Source: Eledone cirrhosa (lineage: Eukaryota). From it: DNA of 64,000 nt. The notes beneath the pieces are model-generated. The model had not been told where the DNA came from and searched no databases. It was given only the letters and a program-made list of their open reading frames with translations. Where the stretch lies: positions 6,820,001 to 6,884,000 of the forward strand of contig OZ024757.1 of the NCBI GenBank assembly GCA_964016885.1, read 5' to 3'. The position numbers and the translations under genes are program-made. Shown in pieces: positions 1 through 15,100 of this stretch (within the stretch, counting starts at the first letter, position 1; every line of letters begins with the position of its first letter).

Positions 1-196
1 CCGCACATGTACCAGTAATTACAGATGGATCCCACTACGGGCGGCTGGCCCACGATCGAAAAGGTAACTCCGCCTGCAAACGGTCATTTTCGAATTCGTT
101 TTCTTCGAAGCACACCATTCGCCGGCGGACTTCAGCTGCCTCATTTAGCATGGGCAGTTTTTCTCGAAAATCACACCACACACAGCCAATGAGTGT
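1..196 (+). repeat. 196-bp satellite monomer (example copy)
   Basis: ccgcacatgtaccagtaattacagat recurs at 1 and 197. Forward copies lie left of each centre and reverse-complement copies lie right of it. Confidence 0.95.
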
Positions 197-3100
197 CCGC
201 ACATGTACCAGTAATTACAGATCGATTCCGGTGAAAATTCACTGAAAACGGGCCATTCGGCCCTGTGCGTCGATCGTGGGCCGGCCGGATGTTGACGGAT
301 CGATGTGTACTTAGAAGTACATGTGCGGACACTCATTGGCTGTGCGTGGTATGCATTTGAGCAAGATATCTCCGTAACATGAAGAGTTATGGCTGTGGAG
401 GCACACCTAGTCAAACGTAAACAAGGTCTGGAGCGTTTACGCTTCGCGATTTTGTTTACGTTTGACTAGGTGTGCCTCCACATCCACAACTCTTGATGTT
501 ACGGAGATATCTTGCTGAAATGCATACCACGCACAGCCAATGAGTGTCCGCACATGTACCAGTAAGTACACATCGATCCGTCAACATGCGGCCGGCCTAC
601 GATCGACGCATAGGGCCGGATGGCCCGTTTTCGGTGAATTTTCACCGGAATCGATCTGTAATTACTGGTACATGTGCGGACACTCATTTGCTGTGTGTGG
701 TGTGATTTTCAAGAAAAACTGCCCATGCTAAATGAGGAAGCTGAAGTCCGCCGGCGAATGGTGTGCTTCGAAGAAAACTAATTCGAAAATGACCGTTTGC
801 AGGCGGAGTAACTTTTTCGATCGTGGGCCAGCCGCCCGTGGTGGGATCCATCTGTAATTACTGGTACATGTGCGGACACTCATTGGCTGTGTGTGGTGTG
901 ATTTTCGAGAAAAACTGCCCATGCTAAATGAGGCAGCTGAAGTCCGCCGGCGAATCGTGTGCTTCGAAGAAAACTAATTCGAAAATGACCGCTTGCAGGC
1001 GGAGTAACCTTTTCGAATCATGGGCCAGCCGCCCCTGTTGGGATCCATCTGTAATTACTGGTACATGTGCGGACACACATTTGCTGTGTGTGGTGTGATT
1101 TTCAAGAAAAACTGCCCATGCTAAATGAGGAAGCTGAAGTCCGCCGGCGAATGGTGTGCTTCGAAGAAAACGAATTCGAAAATGACTATTTGCCGGCGGA
1201 ATCACCTTTTCGGTCCTGGTCCGGCCGGATCTTGCCGGATCGATCGGAAATTTGTGGACCATGTTCGGAAGGCCATTGTGCATGTGTGGTGAAAAAACGT
1301 TGTGTCGAAATCTTCTCGGAAAATAACGGATCGACGGCGGAGATTGCCATTTCGATCGTGGGCCGGCCGGATCTTGTCGGATCGATTCGGACATATGTGC
1401 ATCGTGTTCGCAAGGCCCTTGTCTATGTGTGGTGTGATTTTCATAAAGAAATTCCGAAAAACCCAGTTTTAAATCTGATTTCGCCAAAGAATTTTGGCTA
1501 TCAGATCGGGTTGAAAGGTATGGTTTCTAGTCGATCTGAAAGTCTAAAATGGAATTCACTCGGTTAGCTAACTTTTGATATATCGGAGATATCTTTCTAA
1601 AAATCACACCATACACTCCCAATGAGTGTCTGCACATGTACCAGTAATGACAGATGGATCCCACCAAGGGCGGCCGGCCCACGATCGAAAAGGTTACTCC
1701 GAAGCACACCATTCGCCGGCGGACTTCATTTAACATGGGCAGTTTTTCTTGAAGATCACACCACACACAGCCAATGAGTGTCCGCAAATGTACCAGTAAT
1801 TACAGATGGATCCCACTACGGGCGGCTGGCCCACGATCGAAAAGGTAACTCCGCCTGCAAACGGTCATTTTCGAATTCGTTTTCTTCGAAGCACACCATT
1901 CGCCGGCGGACTACAGCTGCCTCATTTAGCATGGGCAGTTTTTCTCGAAAATCACACCACACACAGCCAATGAGTGTCCGCACATGTACCAGTAATTACA
2001 GATGGATCCCACCACGGGCGGCTGGCCCACGATCGAAAAGGTTACTCCGCCTGCAAACGGTCATTTTCGAATTCGTTTTCTTCGAAGCACACCATTCGCC
2101 GGCGGACTTCAGCTTCCTCATTTAGCATGGGCAGTTTTTCTCGAAAATCACACCACACACAGCAAATATGTGTCCGCACATGTACCAGTAATTACAGATC
2201 GATTCCGGTGAAAATTCACCGAAAACGGGCCATTCGGCCCTGTGCGTCGATCGTGGGCCGGCCGGAAGTTGACGGATCGATGTGTAATTAGAAGTACATG
2301 TGCGGACACTCATTGGCTGTGCGTGGTATGCATTTCAGCAAGATATCTCCGTAACATCAAGAGTTATGGCTGTGGAGGCACACCTAGTCAAACGTAAACA
2401 AGGTATGGAGCGTTTACGCTTCGCGATTTTGTTTACGTTTGACTAGGTGTGCCTCCACAGCCACAACTCTTGATGTTACGGAGATATCTTGCTGAAATTC
2501 ATACCACCCACAGCCAATGAGTGTCCGCACATGTACTTCTAATTACACATCGATCCGTCAACATCCGGCCGGCCCACGATCGACGCATAGGGCCGGATGG
2601 CCCGTTTTCAGTGAATTTTCACCGGAATCGATCTGTAATTACTGGTACATGTGCGGACACTCATTGGCTGTGTGTGGTGTGATTTTCGAGAAAAACTGCC
2701 CATGCTAAATGAGGCAGCTGAAGTCCGCCGGCGAATCGTGTGCTTCGAAGAAAACTAATTCGAAAATGACCGCTTGCAGGCGGAGTAACCTTTTCGATCG
2801 TGGGCCAGCCGCCCCTGTTGGGATCCATCTGTAATTACTGGTACATGTGCGGACACACATTTGCTGTGTGTGGTGTGATTTTCAAGAAAAACTGCCCATG
2901 CTAAATGAGGAAGCTGAAGTCCGCCGGCGAATGGTGTGCTTCGAAGAAAACGAATTCGAAAATGACTATTTGCCGGCGGAATCACCTTTTCGGTCCTGGT
3001 CCGGCCGGATCTTGCCGGATCGATCGGAAATTTGTGGACCATGTTCGGAAGGCCATTGTGCATGTGTGGTGAAAAAACGTTGTGTCGAAATCTTCTCGGA

Positions 3101-6100
3101 AAATAACGGATCGCCGGCGGAGATTGCCATTTCGATCGTGGGCCGGCCGGATCTTGTCGGATCGATTCGCACATATGTGCATCGTGTTCGCAAGGCCCTT
3201 GTCTATGTGTGGTGTGATTTTCATAAAGAAATTCCGAAAAACCCAGTTTTAAATCTGATTTCGCCAAAGAATTTTGGCTATCAGATCGGGTTGAAAGGTA
3301 TGGTTTCTAGTCGATCTGAAAGTCTAAAATGGAATTCACTCGGTTAGCTAACTTTTGATATATCGGAGATATCTTTCTAAAAATCACACCATACACTCCC
3401 AATGAGTGTCTGCACATGTACCAGTAATGACAGATGGATCCCACCAAGGGCGGCCGGCCCACGATCGAAAAGGTTACTCCGAAGCACACCATTCGCCGGC
3501 GGACTTCATTTAACATGGGCAGTTTTTCTTGAAGATCACACCACACACAGCCAATGAGTGTCCGCAAATGTACCAGTAATTACAGATGGATCCCACTACG
3601 GGCGGCTGGCCCACGATCGAAAAGGTAACTCCGCCTGCAAACGGTCATTTTCGAATTCGTTTTCTTCGAAGCACACCATTCGCCGGCGGACTACAGCTGC
3701 CTCATTTAGCATGGGCAGTTTTTCTCGAAAATCACACCACACACAGCCAATGAGTGTCCGCACATGTACCAGTAATTACAGATGGATCCCACCACGGGCG
3801 GCTGGCCCACGATCGAAAAGGTTACTCCGCCTGCAAACGGTCATTTTCGAATTCGTTTTCTTCGAAGCACACCATTCGCCGGCGGACTTCAGCTTCCTCA
3901 TTTAGCATGGGCAGTTTTTCTCGAAAATCACACCACACACAGCAAATATGTGTCCGCACATGTACCAGTAATTACAGATCGATTCCGGTGAAAATTCACC
4001 GAAAACGGGCCATTCGGCCCTGTGCGTCGATCGTGGGCCGGCCGGAAGTTGACGGATCGATGTGTAATTAGAAGTACATGTGCGGACACTCATTGGCTGT
4101 GCGTGGTATGCATTTCAGCAAGATATCTCCGTAACATCAAGAGTTATGGCTGTGGAGGCACACCTAGTCAAACGTAAACAAGGTATGGAGCGTTTACGCT
4201 TCGCGATTTTGTTTACGTTTGACTAGGTGTGCCTCCACAGCCACAACTCTTGATGTTACGGAGATATCTTGCTGAAATTCATACCACCCACAGCCAATGA
4301 GTGTCCGCACATGTACTTCTAATTACACATCGATCCGTCAACATCCGGCCGGCCCACGATCGACGCATAGGGCCGGATGGCCCGTTTTCAGTGAATTTTC
4401 ACCGGAATCGATCTGTAATTACTGGTACATGTGCGGACACTCATTGGCTGTGTGTGGTGTGATTTTCGAGAAAAACTGCCCATGCTAAATGAGGCAGCTG
4501 AAGTCCGCCGGCGAATCGTGTGCTTCGAAGAAAACTAATTCGAAAATGACCGCTTGCAGGCGGAGTAACCTTTTCGATCGTGGGCCAGCCGCCCCTGTTG
4601 GGATCCATCTGTAATTACTGGTACATGTGCGGACACACATTTGCTGTGTGTGGTGTGATTTTCAAGAAAAACTGCCCATGCTAAATGAGGAAGCTGAAGT
4701 CCGCCGGCGAATGGTGTGCTTCGAAGAAAACGAATTCGAAAATGACTATTTGCCGGCGGAATCACCTTTTCGGTCCTGGTCCGGCCGGATCTTGCCGGAT
4801 CGATCGGAAATTTGTGGACCATGTTCGGAAGGCCATTGTGCATGTGTGGTGAAAAAACGTTGTGTCGAAATCTTCTCGGAAAATAACGGATCGACGGCGG
4901 AGATTGCCATTTCGATCGTGGGCCGGCCGGATCTTGTCGGATCGATTCGGACATATGTGCATCGTGTTCGCAAGGCCCTTGTCTATGTGTGGTGTGATTT
5001 TCATAAAGAAATTCCGAAAAACCCAGTTTTAAATCTGATTTCGCCAAAGAATTTTGGCTATCAGATCGGGTTGAAAGGTATGGTTTCTAGTCGATCTGAA
5101 AGTCTAAAATGGAATTCACTCGGTTAGCTAACTTTTGATATATCGGAGATATCTTTCTAAAAATCACACCATACACTCCCAATGAGTGTCTGCACATGTA
5201 CCAGTAATGACAGATGGATCCCACCACGGGCGGCCGGCCCACGATCGAAAAGGTTACTCCGAAGCACACCATTCGCCGGCGGACTTCATTTAACATGGGC
5301 AGTTTTTCTTGAAGATCACACCACACACAGCCAATGAGTGTCCGCAAATGTACCAGTAATTACAGATGGATCCCACTACGGGCGGCTGGCCCACGATCGA
5401 AAAGGTAACTCCGCCTGCAAACGGTCATTTTCGAATTCGTTTTCTTCGAAGCACACCATTCGCCGGCGGACTTCAGCTGCCTCATTTAGCATGGGCAGTT
5501 TTTCTCGAAAATCACACCACACACAGCCAATGAGTGTCCGCACATGTACCAGTAATTACAGATGGATCCCACCACGGGCGGCTGGCCCACGATCGAAAAG
5601 GTTACTCCGCCTGCAAACGGTCATTTTCGAATTCGTTTTCTTCGAAGCACACCATTCGCCGGCGGACTTCAGCTTCCTCATTTAGCATGGGCAGTTTTTC
5701 TCGAAAATCACACCACACACAGCAAATATGTGTCCGCACATGTACCAGTAATTACAGATCGATTCCGGTGAAAATTCACCGAAAACGGGCCATTCGGCCC
5801 TGTGCGTCGATCGTGGGCCGGCCGGAAGTTGACGGATCGATGTGTAATTAGAAGTACATGTGCGGACACTCATTGGCTGTGCGTGGTATGCATTTCAGCA
5901 AGATATCTCCGTAACATCAAGAGTTATGGCTGTGGAGGCACACCTAGTCAAACGTAAACAAGGTATGGAGCGTTTACGCTTCGCGATTTTGTTTACGTTT
6001 GACTAGGTGTGCCTCCACAGCCACAACTCTTGATGTTACGGAGATATCTTGCTGAAATTCATACCACCCACAGCCAATGAGTGTCCGCACATGTACTTCT

Positions 6101-9100
6101 AATTACACATCGATCCGTCAACATCCGGCCGGCCCACGATCGACGCATAGGGCCGGATGGCCCGTTTTCAGTGAATTTTCACCGGAATCGATCTGTAATT
6201 ACTGGTACATGTGCGGACACTCATTGGCTGTGTGTGGTGTGATTTTCGAGAAAAACTGCCCATGCTAAATGAGGCAGCTGAAGTCCGCCGGCGAATCGTG
6301 TGCTTCGAAGAAAACTAATTCGAAAATGACCGCTTGCAGGCGGAGTAACCTTTTCGATCGTGGGCCAGCCGCCCCTGTTGGGATCCATCTGTAATTACTG
6401 GTACATGTGCGGACACACATTTGCTGTGTGTGGTGTGATTTTCAAGAAAAACTGCCCATGCTAAATGAGGAAGCTGAAGTCCGCCGGCGAATGGTGTGCT
6501 TCGAAGAAAACGAATTCGAAAATGACTATTTGCCGGCGGAATCACCTTTTCGGTCCTGGTCCGGCCGGATCTTGCCGGATCGATCGGAAATTTGTGGACC
6601 ATGTTCGGAAGGCCATTGTGCATGTGTGGTGAAAAAACGTTGTGTCGAAATCTTCTCGGAAAATAACGGATCGCCGGCGGAGATTGCCATTTCGATCGTG
6701 GGCCGGCCGGATCTTGTCGGATCGATTCGCACATATGTGCATCGTGTTCGCAAGGCCCTTGTCTATGTGTGGTGTGATTTTCATAAAGAAATTCCGAAAA
6801 ACCCAGTTTTAAATCTGATTTCGCCAAAGAATTTTGGCTATCAGATCGGGTTGAAAGGTATGGTTTCTAGTCGATCTGAAAGTCTAAAATGGAATTCACT
6901 CGGTTAGCTAACTTTTGATATATCGGAGATATCTTTCTAAAAATCACACCATACACTCCCAATGAGTGTCTGCACATGTACCAGTAATGACAGATGGATC
7001 CCACCACGGGCGGCCGGCCCACGATCGAAAAGGTTACTCCGAAGCACACCATTCGCCGGCGGACTTCATTTAACATGGGCAGTTTTTCTTGAAGATCACA
7101 CCACACACAGCCAATGAGTGTCCGCAAATGTACCAGTAATTACAGATGGATCCCACTACGGGCGGCTGGCCCACGATCGAAAAGGTAACTCCGCCTGCAA
7201 ACGGTCATTTTCGAATTCGTTTTCTTCGAAGCACACCATTCGCCGGCGGACTTCAGCTGCCTCATTTAGCATGGGCAGTTTTTCTCGAAAATCACACCAC
7301 ACACAGCCAATGAGTGTCCGCACATGTACCAGTAATTACAGATGGATCCCACCACGGGCGGCTGGCCCACGATCGAAAAGGTTACTCCGCCTGCAAACGG
7401 TCATTTTCGAATTCGTTTTCTTCGAAGCACACCATTCGCCGGCGGACTTCAGCTTCCTCATTTAGCATGGGCAGTTTTTCTCGAAAATCACACCACACAC
7501 AGCAAATATGTGTCCGCACATGTACCAGTAATTACAGATCGATTCCGGTGAAAATTCACCGAAAACGGGCCATTCGGCCCTGTGCGTCGATCGTGGGCCG
7601 GCCGGAAGTTGACGGATCGATGTGTAATTAGAAGTACATGTGCGGACACTCATTGGCTGTGCGTGGTATGCATTTCAGCAAGATATCTCCGTAACATCAA
7701 GAGTTATGGCTGTGGAGGCACACCTAGTCAAACGTAAACAAGGTATGGAGCGTTTACGCTTCGCGATTTTGTTTACGTTTGACTAGGTGTGCCTCCACAG
7801 CCACAACTCTTGATGTTACGGAGATATCTTGCTGAAATTCATACCACCCACAGCCAATGAGTGTCCGCACATGTACTTCTAATTACACATCGATCCGTCA
7901 ACATCCGGCCGGCCCACGATCGACGCATAGGGCCGGATGGCCCGTTTTCAGTGAATTTTCACCGGAATCGATCTGTAATTACTGGTACATGTGCGGACAC
8001 TCATTGGCTGTGTGTGGTGTGATTTTCGAGAAAAACTGCCCATGCTAAATGAGGCAGCTGAAGTCCGCCGGCGAATCGTGTGCTTCGAAGAAAACTAATT
8101 CGAAAATGACCGCTTGCAGGCGGAGTAACCTTTTCGATCGTGGGCCAGCCGCCCCTGTTGGGATCCATCTGTAATTACTGGTACATGTGCGGACACACAT
8201 TTGCTGTGTGTGGTGTGATTTTCAAGAAAAACTGCCCATGCTAAATGAGGAAGCTGAAGTCCGCCGGCGAATGGTGTGCTTCGAAGAAAACGAATTCGAA
8301 AATGACTATTTGCCGGCGGAATCACCTTTTCGGTCCTGGTCCGGCCGGATCTTGCCGGATCGATCGGAAATTTGTGGACCATGTTCGGAAGGCCATTGTG
8401 CATGTGTGGTGAAAAAACGTTGTGTCGAAATCTTCTCGGAAAATAACGGATCGCCGGCGGAGATTGCCATTTCGATCGTGGGCCGGCCGGATCTTGTCGG
8501 ATCGATTCGCACATATGTGCATCGTGTTCGCAAGGCCCTTGTCTATGTGTGGTGTGATTTTCATAAAGAAATTCCGAAAAACCCAGTTTTAAATCTGATT
8601 TCGCCAAAGAATTTTGGCTATCAGATCGGGTTGAAAGGTATGGTTTCTAGTCGATCTGAAAGTCTAAAATGGAATTCACTCGGTTAGCTAACTTTTGATA
8701 TATCGGAGATATCTTTCTAAAAATCACACCATACACTCCCAATGAGTGTCTGCACATGTACCAGTAATGACAGATGGATCCCACCAAGGGCGGCCGGCCC
8801 ACGATCGAAAAGGTTACTCCGAAGCACACCATTCGCCGGCGGACTTCATTTAACATGGGCAGTTTTTCTTGAAGATCACACCACACACAGCCAATGAGTG
8901 TCCGCAAATGTACCAGTAATTACAGATGGATCCCACTACGGGCGGCTGGCCCACGATCGAAAAGGTAACTCCGCCTGCAAACGGTCATTTTCGAATTCGT
9001 TTTCTTCGAAGCACACCATTCGCCGGCGGACTACAGCTGCCTCATTTAGCATGGGCAGTTTTTCTCGAAAATCACACCACACACAGCCAATGAGTGTCCG

Positions 9101-12100
9101 CACATGTACCAGTAATTACAGATGGATCCCACCACGGGCGGCTGGCCCACGATCGAAAAGGTTACTCCGCCTGCAAACGGTCATTTTCGAATTCGTTTTC
9201 TTCGAAGCACACCATTCGCCGGCGGACTTCAGCTTCCTCATTTAGCATGGGCAGTTTTTCTCGAAAATCACACCACACACAGCAAATATGTGTCCGCACA
9301 TGTACCAGTAATTACAGATCGATTCCGGTGAAAATTCACCGAAAACGGGCCATTCGGCCCTGTGCGTCGATCGTGGGCCGGCCGGAAGTTGACGGATCGA
9401 TGTGTAATTAGAAGTACATGTGCGGACACTCATTGGCTGTGCGTGGTATGCATTTCAGCAAGATATCTCCGTAACATCAAGAGTTATGGCTGTGGAGGCA
9501 CACCTAGTCAAACGTAAACAAGGTATGGAGCGTTTACGCTTCGCGATTTTGTTTACGTTTGACTAGGTGTGCCTCCACAGCCACAACTCTTGATGTTACG
9601 GAGATATCTTGCTGAAATTCATACCACCCACAGCCAATGAGTGTCCGCACATGTACTTCTAATTACACATCGATCCGTCAACATCCGGCCGGCCCACGAT
9701 CGACGCATAGGGCCGGATGGCCCGTTTTCAGTGAATTTTCACCGGAATCGATCTGTAATTACTGGTACATGTGCGGACACTCATTGGCTGTGTGTGGTGT
9801 GATTTTCGAGAAAAACTGCCCATGCTAAATGAGGCAGCTGAAGTCCGCCGGCGAATCGTGTGCTTCGAAGAAAACTAATTCGAAAATGACCGCTTGCAGG
9901 CGTAGTAACCTTTTCGATCGTGGGCCAGCCGCCCCTGTTGGGATCCATCTGTAATTACTGGTACATGTGCGGACACACATTTGCTGTGTGTGGTGTGATT
10001 TTCAAGAAAAACTGCCCATGCTAAATGAGGAAGCTGAAGTCCGCCGGCGAATGGTGTGCTTCGAAGAAAACGAATTCGAAAATGACTATTTGCCGGCGGA
10101 ATCACCTTTTCGGTCCTGGTCCGGCCGGATCTTGCCGGATCGATCGGAAATTTGTGGACCATGTTCGGAAGGCCATTGTGCATGTGTGGTGAAAAAACGT
10201 TGTGTCGAAATCTTCTCGGAAAATAACGGATCGACGGCGGAGATTGCCATTTCGATCGTGGGCCGGCCGGATCTTGTCGGATCGATTCGGACATATGTGC
10301 ATCGTGTTCGCAAGGCCCTTGTCTATGTGTGGTGTGATTTTCATAAAGAAATTCCGAAAAACCCAGTTTTAAATCTGATTTCGCCAAAGAATTTTGGCTA
10401 TCAGATCGGGTTGAAAGGTATGGTTTCTAGTCGATCTGAAAGTCTAAAATGGAATTCACTCGGTTAGCTAACTTTTGATATATCGGAGATATCTTTCTAA
10501 AAATCACACCATACACTCCCAATGAGTGTCTGCACATGTACCAGTAATGACAGATGGATCCCACCACGGGCGGCCGGCCCACGATCGAAAAGGTTACTCC
10601 GAAGCACACCATTCGCCGGCGGACTTCATTTAACATGGGCAGTTTTTCTTGAAGATCACACCACACACAGCCAATGAGTGTCCGCAAATGTACCAGTAAT
10701 TACAGATGGATCCCACTACGGGCGGCTGGCCCACGATCGAAAAGGTAACTCCGCCTGCAAACGGTCATTTTCGAATTCGTTTTCTTCGAAGCACACCATT
10801 CGCCGGCGGACTTCAGCTGCCTCATTTAGCATGGGCAGTTTTTCTCGAAAATCACACCACACACAGCCAATGAGTGTCCGCACATGTACCAGTAATTACA
10901 GATGGATCCCACCACGGGCGGCTGGCCCACGATCGAAAAGGTTACTCCGCCTGCAAACGGTCATTTTCGAATTCGTTTTCTTCGAAGCACACCATTCGCC
11001 GGCGGACTTCAGCTTCCTCATTTAGCATGGGCAGTTTTTCTCGAAAATCACACCACACACAGCAAATATGTGTCCGCACATGTACCAGTAATTACAGATC
11101 GATTCCGGTGAAAATTCACCGAAAACGGGCCATTCGGCCCTGTGCGTCGATCGTGGGCCGGCCGGAAGTTGACGGATCGATGTGTAATTAGAAGTACATG
11201 TGCGGACACTCATTGGCTGTGCGTGGTATGCATTTCAGCAAGATATCTCCGTAACATCAAGAGTTATGGCTGTGGAGGCACACCTAGTCAAACGTAAACA
11301 AGGTATGGAGCGTTTACGCTTCGCGATTTTGTTTACGTTTGACTAGGTGTGCCTCCACAGCCACAACTCTTGATGTTACGGAGATATCTTGCTGAAATTC
11401 ATACCACCCACAGCCAATGAGTGTCCGCACATGTACTTCTAATTACACATCGATCCGTCAACATCCGGCCGGCCCACGATCGACGCATAGGGCCGGATGG
11501 CCCGTTTTCAGTGAATTTTCACCGGAATCGATCTGTAATTACTGGTACATGTGCGGACACTCATTGGCTGTGTGTGGTGTGATTTTCGAGAAAAACTGCC
11601 CATGCTAAATGAGGCAGCTGAAGTCCGCCGGCGAATCGTGTGCTTCGAAGAAAACTAATTCGAAAATGACCGCTTGCAGGCGGAGTAACCTTTTCGATCG
11701 TGGGCCAGCCGCCCCTGTTGGGATCCATCTGTAATTACTGGTACATGTGCGGACACACATTTGCTGTGTGTGGTGTGATTTTCAAGAAAAACTGCCCATG
11801 CTAAATGAGGAAGCTGAAGTCCGCCGGCGAATGGTGTGCTTCGAAGAAAACGAATTCGAAAATGACTATTTGCCGGCGGAATCACCTTTTCGGTCCTGGT
11901 CCGGCCGGATCTTGCCGGATCGATCGGAAATTTGTGGACCATGTTCGGAAGGCCATTGTGCATGTGTGGTGAAAAAACGTTGTGTCGAAATCTTCTCGGA
12001 AAATAACGGATCGCCGGCGGAGATTGCCATTTCGATCGTGGGCCGGCCGGATCTTGTCGGATCGATTCGCACATATGTGCATCGTGTTCGCAAGGCCCTT

Positions 12101-15100
12101 GTCTATGTGTGGTGTGATTTTCATAAAGAAATTCCGAAAAACCCAGTTTTAAATCTGATTTCGCCAAAGAATTTTGGCTATCAGATCGGGTTGAAAGGTA
12201 TGGTTTCTAGTCGATCTGAAAGTCTAAAATGGAATTCACTCGGTTAGCTAACTTTTGATATATCGGAGATATCTTTCTAAAAATCACACCATACACTCCC
12301 AATGAGTGTCTGCACATGTACCAGTAATGACAGATGGATCCCACCACGGGCGGCCGGCCCACGATCGAAAAGGTTACTCCGAAGCACACCATTCGCCGGC
12401 GGACTTCATTTAACATGGGCAGTTTTTCTTGAAGATCACACCACACACAGCCAATGAGTGTCCGCAAATGTACCAGTAATTACAGATGGATCCCACTACG
12501 GGCGGCTGGCCCACGATCGAAAAGGTTACTCCGCCTGCAAACGGTCATTTTCGAATTCGTTTTCTTCGAAGCACACCATTCGCCGGCGGACTTCAGCTGC
12601 CTCATTTAGCATGGGCAGTTTATCTCGAAAATCACACCACACACAGCCAATGAGTGTCCGCACATGTACCAGTAATTACAGATGGATCCCACCACGGGCG
12701 GCTGGCCCACGATCGAAAAGGTTACTCCGCCTGCAAACGGTCATTTTCGAATTCGTTTTCTTCGAAGCACACCATTCGCCGGCGGACTTCAGCTTCCTCA
12801 TTTAGCATGGGCAGTTTTTCTCGAAAATCACACCACACACAGCAAATCTGTGTCCGCACATGTACCAGTAATTACAGATCGATTCCGGTGAAAATTCACC
12901 GAAAACGGGCCATTCGGCCCTGTGCGTCGATCGTGGGCCGGCCGGATGTTGACGGATCGATGTGTAATTAGAAGTACATGTGCGGACACTCATTGGCTGT
13001 GCGTGGTATGCATTTCAGCAAGATATCTCCGTAACATCAAGGGTTATGGCTGTGGAGGCACACCTAGTCAAACGTAAACAAGGTATGGAGCGTTTACGCT
13101 TCGCGATTTTGTTTACGTTTGACTAAGTGTGCCTCCACAGCCACAACTCTTGATGTTACGGAGATATCTTGCTGAAATGCATACCACGCACAGCCAATGA
13201 GTGTCCGCACATGTACCAGTAATTACACATCGATCCGTCAACATGCGGCCGGCCTACGATCGACGCATAGGGCCGGATGGCCCGTTTTCGGTGAATTTTC
13301 ACCAGAATCGATCTGTAATTACTGGTACATGTGCGGACACTCATTTGCTGTGTGTGGTGTGATTTTCAAGACAAACTGCCCATGCTAAATGAGGAAGCTG
13401 AAGTCCGCCGGCGAATGGTGTGCTTCGAAGAAAACTAATTCGAAAATGACCGTTTGCAGGCGGAGTAACCTTTTCGATCGTGGGCCAGCCGCCCGTGGTG
13501 GGATCCATCTGTAATTACTGGTACATGTGCGGACACTCATTGGCTGTGTGTGGTGTGATTTTCGAGAAAAACTGCCCATGCTAAATGAGGCAGCTGAAGT
13601 CCGCCGGCGAATCGTGTGCTTCGAAGAAAACTAATTCGAAAATGACCGCTTGCAGGCGGAGTAACCTTTTCGATCGTGGGCCAGCCGCCCCTGTTGGGAT
13701 CCATCTGTAATTACTGGTACATGTGCGGACACACATTTGCTGTGTGTGGTGTGATTTTCAAGAAAAACTGCCCATGCTAAATGAGGAAGCTGAAGTCCGC
13801 CGGCGAATGGTGTGCTTCGAAGAAAACGAATTCGAAAATGACTATTTGCCGGCGGAATCACCTTTTCGGTCCTGGTCCGGCCGGATCTTGCCGGATCGAT
13901 CGGAAATTTGTGGACCATGTTCGGAAGGCCATTGTGCATGTGTGGTGAAAAAAAGTTGTGTCGAAATCTTCTCGGAAAATAACGGATCGCCGGCGGAGAT
14001 TGCCATTTCGATCGTGGGCCGGCCGGATCTTGTCGGATCGATTCGGACATATGTGCATCGTGTTCGCAAGGCCCTTGTCTATGTGTGGTGTGATTTTCAT
14101 AAAGAAATTCCGAAAAACCCAGTTTTAAATCTGATTTCGCCAAAGAATTTTGGCTATCAGATCGGGTTGAAAGGTTTGGTTTCAAGTCGATCTGAAAGTC
14201 TAAAATGGAATTCACTCGGTTAGCTAACTTTTGATATATCGGAGATATCTTTCTGAAAATCACACCACACACTCCCAATGAGTGTCTGCACATGTACCAG
14301 TAATTACAGATGGATCCCACCACGGGCGGCCGGCCCACGATCGAAAAGGTTACTCCGAAGCACACCATTCGCCGGCGGACTTCATTTAGCATGGGCAGTT
14401 TTTCTTGAAGATCACACCACACACAGCCAATGAGTGTCCGCACATGTACCAGTAATTACAGATGGATCCCACTACGGGCGGCTGGCCCACGATCGAAAAG
14501 GTTACTCCGCCTGCAAACGGTAATTTTCGAATTCGTTTTCTTCGAAGCACACCATTCGCCGGCGGACTTCAGCTGCCTCATTTAGCATGGGCAGCTTTTC
14601 TCGAAAATCACACCACACACAGCCAATGAGTGTCCGCACATGTACCAGTAATTACAGATGGATCACACCACGGGCGGCTGGCCCACGATCGAAAAGGTTA
14701 CTCTGCCTGCAAACGGTCATTTTCGAATTCGTTTTCTTCGAAGCACACCATTCGCCGGCGGACTTCAGCTTCCTCATTTAGCATGGGCAGTTTTTCTCGA
14801 AAATCACACCACACACAGCAAATCTGTGTCCGCACATGTACCAGTAATTACAGATCGATTCCGGTGAAAATTCACCGGAAACGGGCCATTCGGCCCTGTG
14901 CGTCGATCGTGGGCCGGCCGGATGTTGACGGATCGATGTGTAATTAGAAGTACATGTGCGGACACTCATTGGCTGTGCGTGGTATGCATTTCAGCAAGAT
15001 ATCTCCGTAACATCAAGAGTTATGGCTGTGGAGGCACACCTAGTCAAACGTAAACAAGGTATGGAGCGTTTACGCTTCGCGATTTTGTTTACGTTTGACT

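Noticed and set aside
2402-2446. Loop mini-hairpin plus downstream CTAG as a Helitron 3' end
   Set aside because: The CTAG is about 20 nt from the hairpin and lies inside the large palindrome arm, and no matching 5' end is evident.
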